Source of the DNA: an uncultured Oleiphilus sp.
GTDB taxonomy: Bacteria; Pseudomonadota; Gammaproteobacteria; Pseudomonadales; Oleiphilaceae
DNA length: 64,000 nt
Direction of reading: 5' to 3'
NCBI GenBank assembly: GCA_913020495.1
Contig: CAJWBJ010000005.1
Span: forward strand, 1,731-65,730
Shown: positions 29,823 to 40,061 of the stretch, one piece after another
How the letters are laid out: each line of letters begins with the position of its first letter
Position numbering within the stretch: position 1 is the stretch's first letter
Program-made: the position numbers and the translations under genes
The notes under the pieces: model-generated
Databases searched by the model: none
Told to the model about the DNA's origin: nothing
Seen by the model: the letters and a program-made list of their open reading frames with translations, nothing else

Positions 29823-29886
29823 GAGTCAAAATGTGTAGCTTGAGGTTCACATTTTGACTCACAGGAGCTACATTTCAAAAATGTAG
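29823..29886. terminator. two adjacent hairpins between convergent genes (probable terminators)
   Basis: GAGTCAAAATGTG-N12-CACATTTTGACTC (13 bp, perfect), then CTACATTT-caa-AAATGTAG. No strong U-tract follows. Confidence 0.4.
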
Positions 29887-29980
29887 AGAGTTCTTGTCTG
29901 ATAATCTCAAGGCAGTACACCAGCTTTGCCGCCCTTTAGTAAGAGTGACAATGTTGATCAATCACGTCGCTACAATTGCA

Positions 29981-30583
29981 CTAAAATGTATTATCCATAA
30001 GCACCTCGCTCAAAGCTAGTTGCCCACCTCTACCGTGGGCAGCCTTTGCTGCCTTGCCTATCACAACAATCATCCCAACTAAATGATCTTTTGGGAGCTT
30101 AATGATATCCGCAACAGTGGTATGATCAAAACCAATCATAGGGCAAGTGTCGTAGTTCAATGCTTTGGCACTAAGCATCAAGGTTTGTGCTGCCATACCG
30201 CAAGATCGCATACTTTCGTCTCGTTGCATTTGTGGTTTGTCGCGGTAAAAATCTTGTAGCATTGGCACTAAGATGTTTTGTGTGTTTTCATCGGCATTGG
30301 CCCAATACCGTTCGGGTCTATCATTCCAAGCTTGGTTGTTGGCGCAAAGGATGATCAACTCTGATGCATCTTCAATTTGCTGTTGTCCCCAAGCAGCCTC
30401 TTTTATTCTCTGTTTTAGTTGGGCTTCTTTTACACGGACAAAACGCCAGTGTTGGATATTGTATGACGTGGGGGAGAGAAGAACAGACTCCATAATTTGA
30501 GTGAAGTCTGTTTCAGGGATTATCACCTGATTATCAAAATGTTTAATCGCACGACGTTCTTTAATTGCAGTAAAAAGTTCCAT
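29981..30583 (-). CDS. nitroreductase-family protein
   Basis: MELFTAIKERRAIKHFD start typical of the family. The ATG is at 30583, and the track start at 30601 is TTG. Confidence 0.8.
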   Translation of the reverse strand: MELFTAIKERRAIKHFDNQVIIPETDFTQIMESVLLSPTSYNIQHWRFVRVKEAQLKQRIKEAAWGQQQIEDASELIILCANNQAWNDRPERYWANADENTQNILVPMLQDFYRDKPQMQRDESMRSCGMAAQTLMLSAKALNYDTCPMIGFDHTTVADIIKLPKDHLVGMIVVIGKAAKAAHGRGGQLALSEVLMDNTF

Positions 30584-30750
30584 ATTAAAATCCTTCAGCA
30601 AAGTAAGTGTTCAATCGTCACTCTCCTTTTTTTGATAATTGGGAATGACTTAAGATGATGACTAGCTTAAAGGGTATCTAAATGAATGATAATGACCATA
30701 AATAGAATATGATTGTTGAGATAAAGTAGACAATTATATTAAAGCAATAT

Positions 30751-31656
30751 CTAACGTTCCCAGTAAGGTTCGTCGTCTCCTAAGTACTCAATAGCAAAAT
30801 CTAAAAAAGCTCTTACTTTTGCAGGCATGTATTGCCGCTCTAGAAACACGGCATAAATACTTTGTTCAAGCATCTCATATTCAGGAAATAACGGGGTAAG
30901 TCTGCCTGCTTTTATTTCTGTACTAGCAACAAAAGTTGGGAGTCGTCCAATACCAATGCCTTGTAATAACGCTTCCTGTAACGCTTCACTATTATTGACT
31001 TGATAATTACCACGTATTTCAATAGCTTCTGAAAGACCTTCTTTGTTAAATGTCCACTCCCTCAGGTCGCGCGAGAAAGAGAATAAGACACAATTATGCT
31101 GCTTAAGATCCGCTAAACTTTTTGGGTAACCATGTTTCTCAAGGTATTCCGGTGAGGCGCATAAGACACTACGCAAAGGTGCAAGTTTACGAGCAATTAA
31201 GTTAGAGTCGACTAGGTTACCTGAGCGAATGGCGACATCAAAACCTGAACCCACTAAGTCGATGACTTCGTCACTCATCACCATATCAATGCTTATTTTA
31301 GGGTAACGCTTAAGAAATGCAGGAATCAATGGGGCGATGTGTAGGCGACCAAAAGACATAGGGGTATTGATTCGTAACCGACCTTGGGGCTCACCTTGTA
31401 ACTGAGCTACGGCATCTTCTGCGTCTTTGGCGGCATTGTTAGCAATTTCCGCATGCTCAAAAAAATGTTCACCAGCTTCTGTTAGACTAATTTTTCGAGT
31501 GGTGCGATGTAGTAATTTAACCCCTAGATTTTGCTCAAGTTGGTTAATGCGTTTACTCACTGCCGACTTGGATATACCGAGCAGTTTGGCAGCAGGTGAG
31601 AAGCCTCCGCGCTCAACAACTGCAATAAAAACTGGAATAGCGCTAAATCCTTCCAT
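30751..31656 (-). CDS. LysR-family transcriptional regulator
   Basis: 301 aa. HTH FIAVVERGGFSPAAKLLGISKSAVSKRINQLEQNLGVKLLHRTTR. Divergent from the EamA gene. Confidence 0.9.
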   Translation of the reverse strand: MEGFSAIPVFIAVVERGGFSPAAKLLGISKSAVSKRINQLEQNLGVKLLHRTTRKISLTEAGEHFFEHAEIANNAAKDAEDAVAQLQGEPQGRLRINTPMSFGRLHIAPLIPAFLKRYPKISIDMVMSDEVIDLVGSGFDVAIRSGNLVDSNLIARKLAPLRSVLCASPEYLEKHGYPKSLADLKQHNCVLFSFSRDLREWTFNKEGLSEAIEIRGNYQVNNSEALQEALLQGIGIGRLPTFVASTEIKAGRLTPLFPEYEMLEQSIYAVFLERQYMPAKVRAFLDFAIEYLGDDEPYWER

Positions 31657-31892
31657 ACTCTCCTTTATAACTTTGGTTGAAGATATAAATTGATCAATAA
31701 CTTACATATATAGTTAACTTTAACTCAACAGTGATTGTCTTTAAATGGGTATTATCTGTCAAATTAAAACAAGCTATGCTGTTGTTCAGCGTCTCGAAAT
31801 GCATTCTCGTATTTGATTCGTTAGAAAATTAACAGGTAGGCATACCTATGTTATCGCTATTGTGTGGAAGAGAGATTGTAGTGGAATCTATT

Positions 31893-32795
31893 ATGAAATT
31901 AAGCAGCAAGCTTCTCGTGCAAGGGAGTAATTCGTATGTACATGTCTTGATGCTTTTTACGATGATATTGGTGGCAGGTTCTTTTCCTGTAGCCGGATTG
32001 ATTACCGACGCACTAGCGCCAGAGTTAATGATGTTCGTGCGCTTCATATTTGCTGCTTTATTATTTTCGCCTTTTGTTTTTTTGAAAAATGGTTGGCATG
32101 TCCCTGCACTAGGTCGATTGTTTGCTTATGCGCTTATAAGTATCCCTTTAGTCGCTTTCTTTTGGTGTATGTTTGAAAGCCTGCGTTATACAAGTGTTTT
32201 TAATACCGGCGCTCTATATACGATAGTTCCGGCCATCACCGCAGTATTTGCTTATTTTATCAATCATGACCATACCAATAGCCGTCGTAAACTGGGTTTG
32301 TTGATAGGTACTGTCGGCGCATTGTGGATAGTCTTTCGAGGCGACCTACAAGCTCTCATCAGTCTTCAATTGAATTATGGCGACTTAGTTTTCCTTACCG
32401 GCTGTTTGTTTATGGGTATTTATAACCCTTTAATCAAACGCTTTTATCAAGGGGAGCCAATGGAAGTTATGACTTTCTGGGTCATATTCTTAGGTGCGTT
32501 CTGGTTATTAATATTATCGTTCAGCCGCCTAGATCAAATTGTTTGGCAAGACCTCGAAATCAAAGTGTATGCAGGGTTGTTATATCTGTCGGTCTTCACT
32601 ACGTTAGGAAGTTTCTTTGTACTACAGTTTTCAACAGTAAAGCTGGGTGCAACTAATGTTTCGGCTTATGGTTTTCTCACACCTATTTTTGTGATTATTT
32701 TGAGCGTTGTCATTGGACTAGATACATTTGAATGGATGACCTTACCGGGCATTGTCTTGGTATTGTTATCGATGTTTTTGATTCAGAAAGCTTGA
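31893..32795 (+). CDS. EamA/DMT-family transporter
   Basis: Ten helices. The ATG at 31893 (MKLSSKLL) is preferred over 31848. Two EamA-like halves. Confidence 0.7.
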   Translation: MKLSSKLLVQGSNSYVHVLMLFTMILVAGSFPVAGLITDALAPELMMFVRFIFAALLFSPFVFLKNGWHVPALGRLFAYALISIPLVAFFWCMFESLRYTSVFNTGALYTIVPAITAVFAYFINHDHTNSRRKLGLLIGTVGALWIVFRGDLQALISLQLNYGDLVFLTGCLFMGIYNPLIKRFYQGEPMEVMTFWVIFLGAFWLLILSFSRLDQIVWQDLEIKVYAGLLYLSVFTTLGSFFVLQFSTVKLGATNVSAYGFLTPIFVIILSVVIGLDTFEWMTLPGIVLVLLSMFLIQKA

Positions 32796-32987
32796 GCTAT
32801 TACTACAAAAAACAGTAGGGGCCAGATTCAGTTAAAAAAATACAATAAATGAAAGCCAGTATTCAATATGAGATCAGGATTAAGCAGTTATATTTTTTCG
32901 CTCAAAAAGCCATTCAATTGCCAAGATAATTGATATTTTTGGACCTTGAAATAACTAACTAATCACCTTAACTACAACGGAATTTAT

Positions 32988-33389
32988 ATGAATATAATAT
33001 CGAAAAATATTAAATGGATCATGCTCGTTTCGGGGCTTCTTACATGCACCATGTTACAAGCGGTGTTCGCCCCTGAGGCGGCAGTTGAAAATTTATTTGG
33101 TGAATCACTGCAAGGGCCATTGGCCAACATGATTGTCCGTAGTTGGGGAGTGCTGATCACGCTAATTGGGTTAATGCTGATTTATGGGGCTTTTAATGCA
33201 AAAAATAGGAAATTTGTTGCTGTCATAGCAGCCTCCAGCAAGATCGCTTACGCCATTCTAGTTATTTGTTTAGGCAGCCCTTATCTTAATAAAGCAGCAT
33301 TAGTGGTCAGCTTTGATTCAATAGTTTCGATTGCTTTGCTTATGTTTGTCTTTATGTCTGATAAATCAGCTGAGGACAAACCTGCGTAG
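32988..33389 (+). CDS. hypothetical small membrane protein
   Basis: 133 aa, four helices. No recognised family. Confidence 0.5.
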   Translation: MNIISKNIKWIMLVSGLLTCTMLQAVFAPEAAVENLFGESLQGPLANMIVRSWGVLITLIGLMLIYGAFNAKNRKFVAVIAASSKIAYAILVICLGSPYLNKAALVVSFDSIVSIALLMFVFMSDKSAEDKPA

Positions 33390-33632
33390 GGGGGCGTTTG
33401 AAAGCAATATAATTAACGAACTGGGTAAGAGAAATATTTAGATAATGTGTTGTAAGTTGGTGAGGTCGCTATAGGTGCTTACTAAAGCAAAAAGACACTA
33501 TTAAGACTATCTTTATATTACCCTTAGAATCAAATTCGGGTTCAAAAAAAATACTTAGACTACATTATGATTACGCTCATCAAAAAATGATACCCAGGCA
33601 CTATACTACCAAAATTATAAAACCCTAAATTG

Positions 33633-34493
33633 CTAACGTAAGCTTCCTGGTGTGATGGCAAATGACTTTTTAAATGTGCGACTAAAGGCTGCTTCAGATT
33701 GATAACCAACTTTCTCTGCTACTTGTGCGATTCTTAAACCTTGCTTTAAGTAACTATAAGCTAACTGCATCCGCCACCAAGTTAGGTATTCATTGACGGT
33801 CATGCCACTTATTTTTTTAAATAATTGAGAGAACTTAGTGCGAGACATTGCGCATGCTTGTGCTAAGGACTCAATAGTCCAGTTTTTTTCAGGGCGATGT
33901 TTAATGCAATTAAGAGCAGGTTCCAAAGCACTATTCATAAATAATGATAAGAAGCTGAGTTGACTGCAATGGACAATTTGGTACCGCAAAGCGTAGATAA
34001 ACAGCAACTCACTAAGACGGTTGATAATGTCCTCACTCAGAGCCTGAGGGTTGAGCATTTCATTTCGAATTTGTTGAAGCAAGGGCTCTATCCAAGGTGC
34101 CTGCAATGCTTTTATTACAAACACCTCTGGTAATGCATCTAGTAAGTGATTAAAGCCTTTGTGCTCAAATTTGAATAAACCGCATAATATTGCTGTACCA
34201 GGTTTGAATTCATTCGGGGTAACTAACGCCATCGGCCTCCCTGAAGATTTTTCAGGGTCATTATCTAATGGGGCAAGGAGGTGTTCCATTTCTCTTGGGA
34301 ATACCACCAAATCTCCCGGTGTCAATATCTCTTCATCGTGTCCCTCCATAATCATTTTGCATTGGCCATGTGTTACAAGATGGAACGAAGTTTGACCTAG
34401 TTCATGGGCCTTAATCTGCCAATTTCCACAAAACTGAGCGTTGTTATAGATCTTTGCCTGTAAGCGAAAAATATTTAATAGTTCGGACAGCAT
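33633..34493 (-). CDS. AraC-family regulator with N-terminal cupin domain
   Basis: 286 aa. Cupin-like FHLVTHGQC...GDLVVFP..EH, and C-terminal HTH LAQACAMSRTKFSQLFK ... VGYQSEAAFSRTFKKSFAITPGSLR. Confidence 0.85.
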   Translation of the reverse strand: MLSELLNIFRLQAKIYNNAQFCGNWQIKAHELGQTSFHLVTHGQCKMIMEGHDEEILTPGDLVVFPREMEHLLAPLDNDPEKSSGRPMALVTPNEFKPGTAILCGLFKFEHKGFNHLLDALPEVFVIKALQAPWIEPLLQQIRNEMLNPQALSEDIINRLSELLFIYALRYQIVHCSQLSFLSLFMNSALEPALNCIKHRPEKNWTIESLAQACAMSRTKFSQLFKKISGMTVNEYLTWWRMQLAYSYLKQGLRIAQVAEKVGYQSEAAFSRTFKKSFAITPGSLR

Positions 34494-34842
34494 AATAGTT
34501 AATCAAGTAATTTTTGAACGATAGAGCATATATATTGAACTTTAAGATATCAACAGTTCAATCTAAAGGGCTTATTCTATGTAGTTCAAATTATAGGAGA
34601 AACAATTATGGGCTTATTTATTTTACGTGCACCATCAAATGAAGCTGATTCAACTAAACCGACATCATGGTGATGTTATAGAGGCTGATGGACTGTTGCT
34701 AAATTAGCAAACCGCCTACAACCTTATTCTATTCAAAAACAAATTTGAACTTTTTCAAGTCTGCCAAAGTCTTTTATTCACAATATCGAATTGATTGACG
34801 AACCCTTAAATTAAAACTAACCAAAATTAGCGATACCATTAT

Positions 34843-35655
34843 ATGAGACTCTATATACAACTGAGCGTTTTACTCATTGCCTTAATATTAACTAACGTAT
34901 CCTGGGCTTCACCTACTGATAAAGATGCAGTAGAAACTAATGGAGCTGATAGCGCCTTTGTTTATGACAAAGACAATGAGACTGCCTTATCGCCAGAGAC
35001 TCTGCTTAATGACATGAATGCGGAATATCAATTTGCTGTGCAATTAGCGTATATCTCATTAGATTTCTGCTTTGCTTCTCATGTAGCAAATTGCAGGCTT
35101 CATGGTTATGAGTTAAATCTAATCTTACCGGTAGGAGATATCTATACTTATTTTTCAGTTGGTCAGCTCTACTCTCAAAATCCATCTACACCATTACTTA
35201 ACCTTGAAGTTTTATCAGGAGAGGTTGGTATAGGGATCCCTTTTAGTCTTTCAGACTCGCTTGAGATAAAAGGCGAATTAGGATACTACAATGCGAATGA
35301 AACAGAGGAAGCGCAAAATAATAGTATTTCAGGGTACAAAGCAAAAATTATTCTAGAGCAAGAAATTGGAACAGGCTTACTAGTTGGACTTAGCGCAACA
35401 CACGATAGAGGGCAAAATTCTTCAGACTATAGAGATCATGGTCTTAGAGGGAGAAAACCTAAATTTAATTACACTACCGGCGAGTTATTTTCAAAGCTTC
35501 AATATACAAATAAAAACGCTGTTATTTTAGAAATCTCAAGAATAATCGCGCCTGCTAATTCTCGCAAAACGACTGAAGGTGACCCTGACACCCGATATGA
35601 TGGGTCAAGTATTGATTATCAGCTTATCTTCGAAAGAAAATTTTCAACAGGGTAG
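34843..35655 (+). CDS. hypothetical secreted protein, possibly an outer-membrane beta-barrel
   Basis: 270 aa. Signal peptide ...LTNVSWA. Alternating hydrophobic/polar strands. No family recognised. Confidence 0.45.
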   Translation: MRLYIQLSVLLIALILTNVSWASPTDKDAVETNGADSAFVYDKDNETALSPETLLNDMNAEYQFAVQLAYISLDFCFASHVANCRLHGYELNLILPVGDIYTYFSVGQLYSQNPSTPLLNLEVLSGEVGIGIPFSLSDSLEIKGELGYYNANETEEAQNNSISGYKAKIILEQEIGTGLLVGLSATHDRGQNSSDYRDHGLRGRKPKFNYTTGELFSKLQYTNKNAVILEISRIIAPANSRKTTEGDPDTRYDGSSIDYQLIFERKFSTG

Positions 35656-35864
35656 GGTTTAGGTCTCAAGCTTTTGATTCTATTTTTCTGGAGCGAGTCT
35701 TTTCATTGGTAGGTGACCACCCAACTCTCCTTAGATTAGGTGTCTTAGTCTATTTATTTACCCATCAATTTCCTCATGGACTATGGATTAACTTGCTCTA
35801 AAAGAAATTCTCACAGACAATGCTTGCCCCATTTAGATATCAGTTACTTAGGTACCATTCATCC

Positions 35865-36971
35865 ATGAAAATGAAATTCGCAATTCCTTCGCTCCTTATT
35901 ATGTTAATCGCATATTTAGCTTTTTGGCCTGTGTCAGTTGAACCAATCGCTTGGAGTGCGCCTAAAAATTTGGGGTTCACTGGCAGTTTTAAATCAAATC
36001 AACTCCTTGATCATATTGAGCTAACATCGCTAGCTGGACATGAAGGGCCTGAAGCAATCGTGATGGATCAGCAAGGCACATTATTTACAGCGACACATGA
36101 TGGCTGGATACTAAAAAATAATGGGGATTCTTGGACGGAGTGGGTGAACACTGAAGGCAGACCTCTTGGCCTTGCTATCGATAAAGATGGAAGTTTAGTA
36201 GCAGCCGATGCGTTTCGAGGGCTATTACGTATTACTCAAGATAAACACATTACTTTGCTAAGTGATTCAGTTAATAGCACCAGAATACGGTATGCGAATG
36301 ATTTGGATATTGCAGCAGATGGCACAGTGTATTTTACTGACTCTTCAACAAAATTTGGTGCAAAGGAAAATGGAGGTACATACCCAGCCAGTTTACTGGA
36401 TTTGAATGAACATGGTGGACACGGTCGCTTGTTAAAATATGATCCTGTTAGTGGTAAAACCAACCTGTTGTTAGATCAGTTAAACTTCGCAAATGGTGTG
36501 GCTCTTGACCCTCAAGAGAACTTTCTTTTAGTTAATGAAACTGGGAGTTATCGGGTATTAAAGTTCTGGCTTAAGGGCGATAAAGAGGGAAAGACTGATG
36601 TCTTGATCGATAACCTCCCAGGCTTTCCAGACAATATATCAACGGGGCATAATGGACGTTTTTGGTTAGGTCTTCCTTCACCTCGTAGCTCAGTATTAGA
36701 TAAGATTTCTGCAAGCGTAGCGTTGAGAAAAGTAATTCAACGACTACCAGCCTTTGTAAGACCAAAGGCAATACCTTACGGGCATGTTGTTGCGTTGGAT
36801 AAAGATGGAAATGTCTTGTTGAGCTTACAGGATCCTGATGGAGCTTATCCTATTACGACTGGTGTATTAGAAACATCGGATAAACTTTATATAAGTAGCT
36901 TAGTCTTCGACTCTGTGGGCCACCTGGAGAAGTCTAACATTCAATCGTTGACCAAAACTAAACAGCCATAA
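35865..36971 (+). CDS. strictosidine synthase-like / SMP-30-type beta-propeller protein
   Basis: YFTDSSTKF, GRLLKYDPVSGKT..LLDQLNFANGVAL, LLVNETGSYRVLKFWLKG, NLPGFPDNI. Start taken at MKMKFAIPS (35865), though the frame opens at 35820. Confidence 0.7.
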   Translation: MKMKFAIPSLLIMLIAYLAFWPVSVEPIAWSAPKNLGFTGSFKSNQLLDHIELTSLAGHEGPEAIVMDQQGTLFTATHDGWILKNNGDSWTEWVNTEGRPLGLAIDKDGSLVAADAFRGLLRITQDKHITLLSDSVNSTRIRYANDLDIAADGTVYFTDSSTKFGAKENGGTYPASLLDLNEHGGHGRLLKYDPVSGKTNLLLDQLNFANGVALDPQENFLLVNETGSYRVLKFWLKGDKEGKTDVLIDNLPGFPDNISTGHNGRFWLGLPSPRSSVLDKISASVALRKVIQRLPAFVRPKAIPYGHVVALDKDGNVLLSLQDPDGAYPITTGVLETSDKLYISSLVFDSVGHLEKSNIQSLTKTKQP

Positions 36972-37023
36972 AGCTGACCTTGATGATTTGGCGAATAAAA
37001 AGAATTATTGGGGCCTGAACCAT

Positions 37024-37053
37024 GACCGTTAATAGAATATTAACGGTCGTTTT
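37024..37053 (+). terminator. rho-independent terminator
   Basis: GACCGTTAATA-gaa-TATTAACGGTC followed by GTTTTG. Lies 53 nt after the stop at 36971. Confidence 0.7.
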
Positions 37054-37203
37054 GAATAATCCAAGTTGTCATATTATAGTTTGATATTTTTGGGGCAGTT
37101 TGAATTGAAGAATTTTCATAGTCACCCAGCGCCTGCTAAGGTCAATTATTGTTGCAAAAAGCACTATATTACGTTTTTGATTGTTAGCAAAGGACTCACA
37201 TAA

Positions 37204-38340
37204 TTAGTTTTTTATTGACTCAATAGTAGCGGCATCAGTCATACGTTTCATAATGCTATAGGATATATCATCATAAGGTGGCACAAACATATTGTCGTTA
37301 AAGATTGTGTTAGCATTTCCAAGACCCAGCTTGTCTGCTACCTCAGTAGAAGCTGCAACCATGCTTAGCTCTCGGGCAATTCTGCTCTGAACTTCTTTAC
37401 CGATGAAATAATTAGCAAATATTTCGGCAGCTTCCAGTTTTTTACCTTTAAGACCTTTAATAAAATTTATAGTGTCGAGCCAGACCATATGACCTTCATC
37501 AAATTCAATCATACGCCAATTAGCACCGGCGTTATTCTCTCGGGTGATTTCTGGACCCCAGCTACTGACAATAAGAAGGTCTTTGTTGAATTTTGGTGAT
37601 GCCTTCCAGAAATGCCCTGCGTTAGTGTAGAGCAAGTTAAGTTTCTGTTGTAGCTCACCAATACTACTCATCGTCTTCACAATTTCATTTCGCTTACCGG
37701 CTAGTACTAATTCATGAAACAGGAAAGGTGACTTCCCCATTCCCATAAAAGCCAAACCGATATTGTAAAACTCCTGACTTTGATTTAATGAATATTTGTT
37801 CTTCCACTTTGGGAGCCATAGTTCTTTAACTGACTTAGGCACGTCACCTGCTTTTACTCTATTTCGGTCAATGTAGAATCCGTAAGCGCCACCGCCCCAT
37901 GGTATATAGAGCGGCATACTCTTTTGAGTAAGTTCAGAAGGTGAGCTCATTCCCATAGGAAGGTGTGTCAGGCTGGGAATAAGGTGTTTGTAATTGCTTA
38001 GTCGGGGAGAATGAGTATTAATGGGTTGCAGTAACTTTGATGTTTGTTCGTTCATCATCTTAATGAAAAATAATGTGAGGAAAGATATATCAATCCCGTT
38101 TCCCCTAATCAAATCAAACATTTGCTCCGCCCCCTCAGCATAGGGTTTTATAACGGTTGCTTCATACAAGTATCCTTTTTCCTCAAGAAGCAAATTAACT
38201 GCTTTCAAATCTTCGGGGGTGACGTAACCTTCCCAAGTTAGTATACGAAGTGGTGTTTTTGTATCGGCATACGAAGAAACACTTAGTAAGAATAGAAAAC
38301 CTATAATTATTGTGCTTGAGATTTTATACATATAATCCAT
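37204..38340 (-). CDS. orphan extracellular solute-binding protein (PotD/PotF-like)
   Basis: 378 aa. Signal peptide ...LLSVSSYA. LRILTWEGYVTPED start typical of polyamine-type SBPs. No transporter genes nearby. Confidence 0.5.
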   Translation of the reverse strand: MDYMYKISSTIIIGFLFLLSVSSYADTKTPLRILTWEGYVTPEDLKAVNLLLEEKGYLYEATVIKPYAEGAEQMFDLIRGNGIDISFLTLFFIKMMNEQTSKLLQPINTHSPRLSNYKHLIPSLTHLPMGMSSPSELTQKSMPLYIPWGGGAYGFYIDRNRVKAGDVPKSVKELWLPKWKNKYSLNQSQEFYNIGLAFMGMGKSPFLFHELVLAGKRNEIVKTMSSIGELQQKLNLLYTNAGHFWKASPKFNKDLLIVSSWGPEITRENNAGANWRMIEFDEGHMVWLDTINFIKGLKGKKLEAAEIFANYFIGKEVQSRIARELSMVAASTEVADKLGLGNANTIFNDNMFVPPYDDISYSIMKRMTDAATIESIKN

Positions 38341-38634
38341 CAGTGGTTTTATTGTGTCTTACACTAATTATAGACGAAAAAATTGAGCGCACCTGATAAG
38401 TGCATAGTGTTAACGGCAACTCAACTCTTAGGCAGTGTATTCGCTAAGTAATCTAAAATTGTAGAACTATGCTACGAGAACTGTGAATTGCAACTTAGTA
38501 TATATGGTATATGAAGATGATCCGATATCATTAATTATATTAAAAACATACTGAATAAAAAAACGTATAAAGATACTTGAGAAAACTCAATTCTCAGTCT
38601 TAACTAAATCTATATGATTAATTTAAGGATGGTT

Positions 38635-38805
38635 ATGTCTCGCAGAAATCCAGCAGAATCAGTTAGGCGGCAAGCAACAAAAAATGCAAAAGCCGGTCTA
38701 GGTGTTTCGAGCTGCCCATACAAGCATAAATCTCCATTTCAAGCTGTTTGGATTAAAGCATTTGTGCGCGAAGCTCAACTAGATTGGGTAAACTGTGCTA
38801 ATTAA
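38635..38805 (+). CDS. rmf: ribosome modulation factor
   Basis: 56 aa. MSRRNPAESVRRQATKNAKAGLGVSSCPYKHKSPFQAVWIKAFVRE parallels E. coli Rmf (R-rich N-terminus, CPY, W..GWREA region). AAGGA lies 5 nt upstream of the ATG at 38635. Confidence 0.75.
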   Translation: MSRRNPAESVRRQATKNAKAGLGVSSCPYKHKSPFQAVWIKAFVREAQLDWVNCAN

Positions 38806-38880
38806 GCTTCAGCCGAGAAGGGTTAATATCTAGACTTCCCAAGATTAATCTATTTCGAAAAAGTGAAATTTTAAAATAAG

Positions 38881-38913
38881 AGGAGAGTCAAACTTTCAAA
38901 ATTTGACCCTCCT
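38881..38913. terminator. bidirectional terminator shared by rmf and rsgA
   Basis: AGGAGAGTCAAA-N9-TTTGACCCTCCT (12 bp, one mismatch), with T-rich flanks on both strands. Lies 6 nt from the rsgA stop. Confidence 0.6.
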
Positions 38914-38918
38914 ACTCC

Positions 38919-39959
38919 TTATCTACCTTTTTGCTTATTTGATTCACTCAGCGTTCGCTTATAGTACTTACCTAAAGCCTTATCTGTAGCTCGTTTTTGC
39001 ATAAGACTAGCGGAATTAAACGCTTCTTCACGAAGTAGTTTGTGATAGTTGTCTAAACGTCTAGTATCTAAAACTCCCGTTTCAATTGACTCACGTACAG
39101 AGCAACCTGGTTCTGCTTGATGTTGGCAATCATTGTAGCGACATTGATAGGAAAGATGTTGAATATCCGAAAACGTTGCCGCGATGCCTTCTTTACAATC
39201 TGCAAGCTGTATCTCCCTCATGCCTGGCGTGTCTAGAATCATTCCTCCAGAATCCAAGCTTATAAGAGAGCGCTTTGTGGTGGTATGCCGCCCTTTGTCA
39301 TCATCCTCTCGTATACTTCCTGTACTTTGACTATTCTCACCTAGTAAGGTGTTTATCAAAGTGGACTTTCCTACACCTGATGAACCTATAACGCTCGCAG
39401 TATTTCCTTGCTTAAGCCATGCTTCTAAATTAGAAACACTGTTTGAATCTAGGCAATTAACGGCTTCTATCACTAAATAGTCGTCTAGTTTTTGTACTTG
39501 TTCGATAAAAGCTTCTGGTGAAGTAGACTGATCACTCTTACTTAGCACAACTACTGGCTCAGCACCCGATTCATTAACAAGCGCTAGAAAACGTTCAATC
39601 CTATTTAGATTGAAGTCATCATTCATTGAACTTACGATGAAAGCTGTGTCCACATTTGCTGAAATGAGTTGGTATTTAACCTTGCTGCCTGGCGACTTTC
39701 TCTTGAAGCAGGTTTTTCGATCCAGCACTCTAATAAACTGCCTGTTTTTATCAAGCAATAACCAATCTCCCACAACCATATCTGGCATTGAATGGGCTAG
39801 TGTAATATTGAATTTTTTCGATTCAGTTACAACTGTAATTTCTGATCTATGCTGTTCGATGATTCGTGCAGCAATTGAATTTTCCCATTCTTCAAGTGAG
39901 AGCTGTTGTTGAAAAAATGGCTGCCAACCTAAATTGGCAAGTAATGAAAAATTTGACAT
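38919..39959 (-). CDS. rsgA: ribosome small-subunit-dependent GTPase A
   Basis: 346 aa. Circularly permuted GTPase with VLSKSD, GSSGVGKSTLINTLL, DTPGMRE, and the zinc finger C-x-YNDC-H..EPGCSV. Confidence 0.9.
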   Translation of the reverse strand: MSNFSLLANLGWQPFFQQQLSLEEWENSIAARIIEQHRSEITVVTESKKFNITLAHSMPDMVVGDWLLLDKNRQFIRVLDRKTCFKRKSPGSKVKYQLISANVDTAFIVSSMNDDFNLNRIERFLALVNESGAEPVVVLSKSDQSTSPEAFIEQVQKLDDYLVIEAVNCLDSNSVSNLEAWLKQGNTASVIGSSGVGKSTLINTLLGENSQSTGSIREDDDKGRHTTTKRSLISLDSGGMILDTPGMREIQLADCKEGIAATFSDIQHLSYQCRYNDCQHQAEPGCSVRESIETGVLDTRRLDNYHKLLREEAFNSASLMQKRATDKALGKYYKRTLSESNKQKGR

Positions 39960-39997
39960 AGCAAACCCTTAACAAAATTAATGTTAATCAAATATAA

Positions 39998-40061
39998 GGG
40001 GCTATTTGCCCCGGTTTAAAACCGGGCGAAGACTGTCTAGTTGATTAGACTATACGCCCGG
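39998..40061 (-). promoter_or_regulatory. structured leader upstream of rsgA (attenuator-like alternative hairpins)
   Basis: Minus strand reads CCGGGCG..CGCCCGG-ttttaaa-CCGGGGC-aaata-GCCCC-UUAUAUUUGAUU. Segments 1:2, 2:3 and 3:4 can pair in mutually exclusive ways. Confidence 0.25.

Noticed and set aside
39610-39912. 100-aa ORF antisense to rsgA, and the similar 104-aa ORF at 9663-9977 antisense to the kinase
   Set aside because: Both lie wholly inside strongly supported genes on the other strand. Neither has an independent signal such as an RBS, a domain or conservation evidence.
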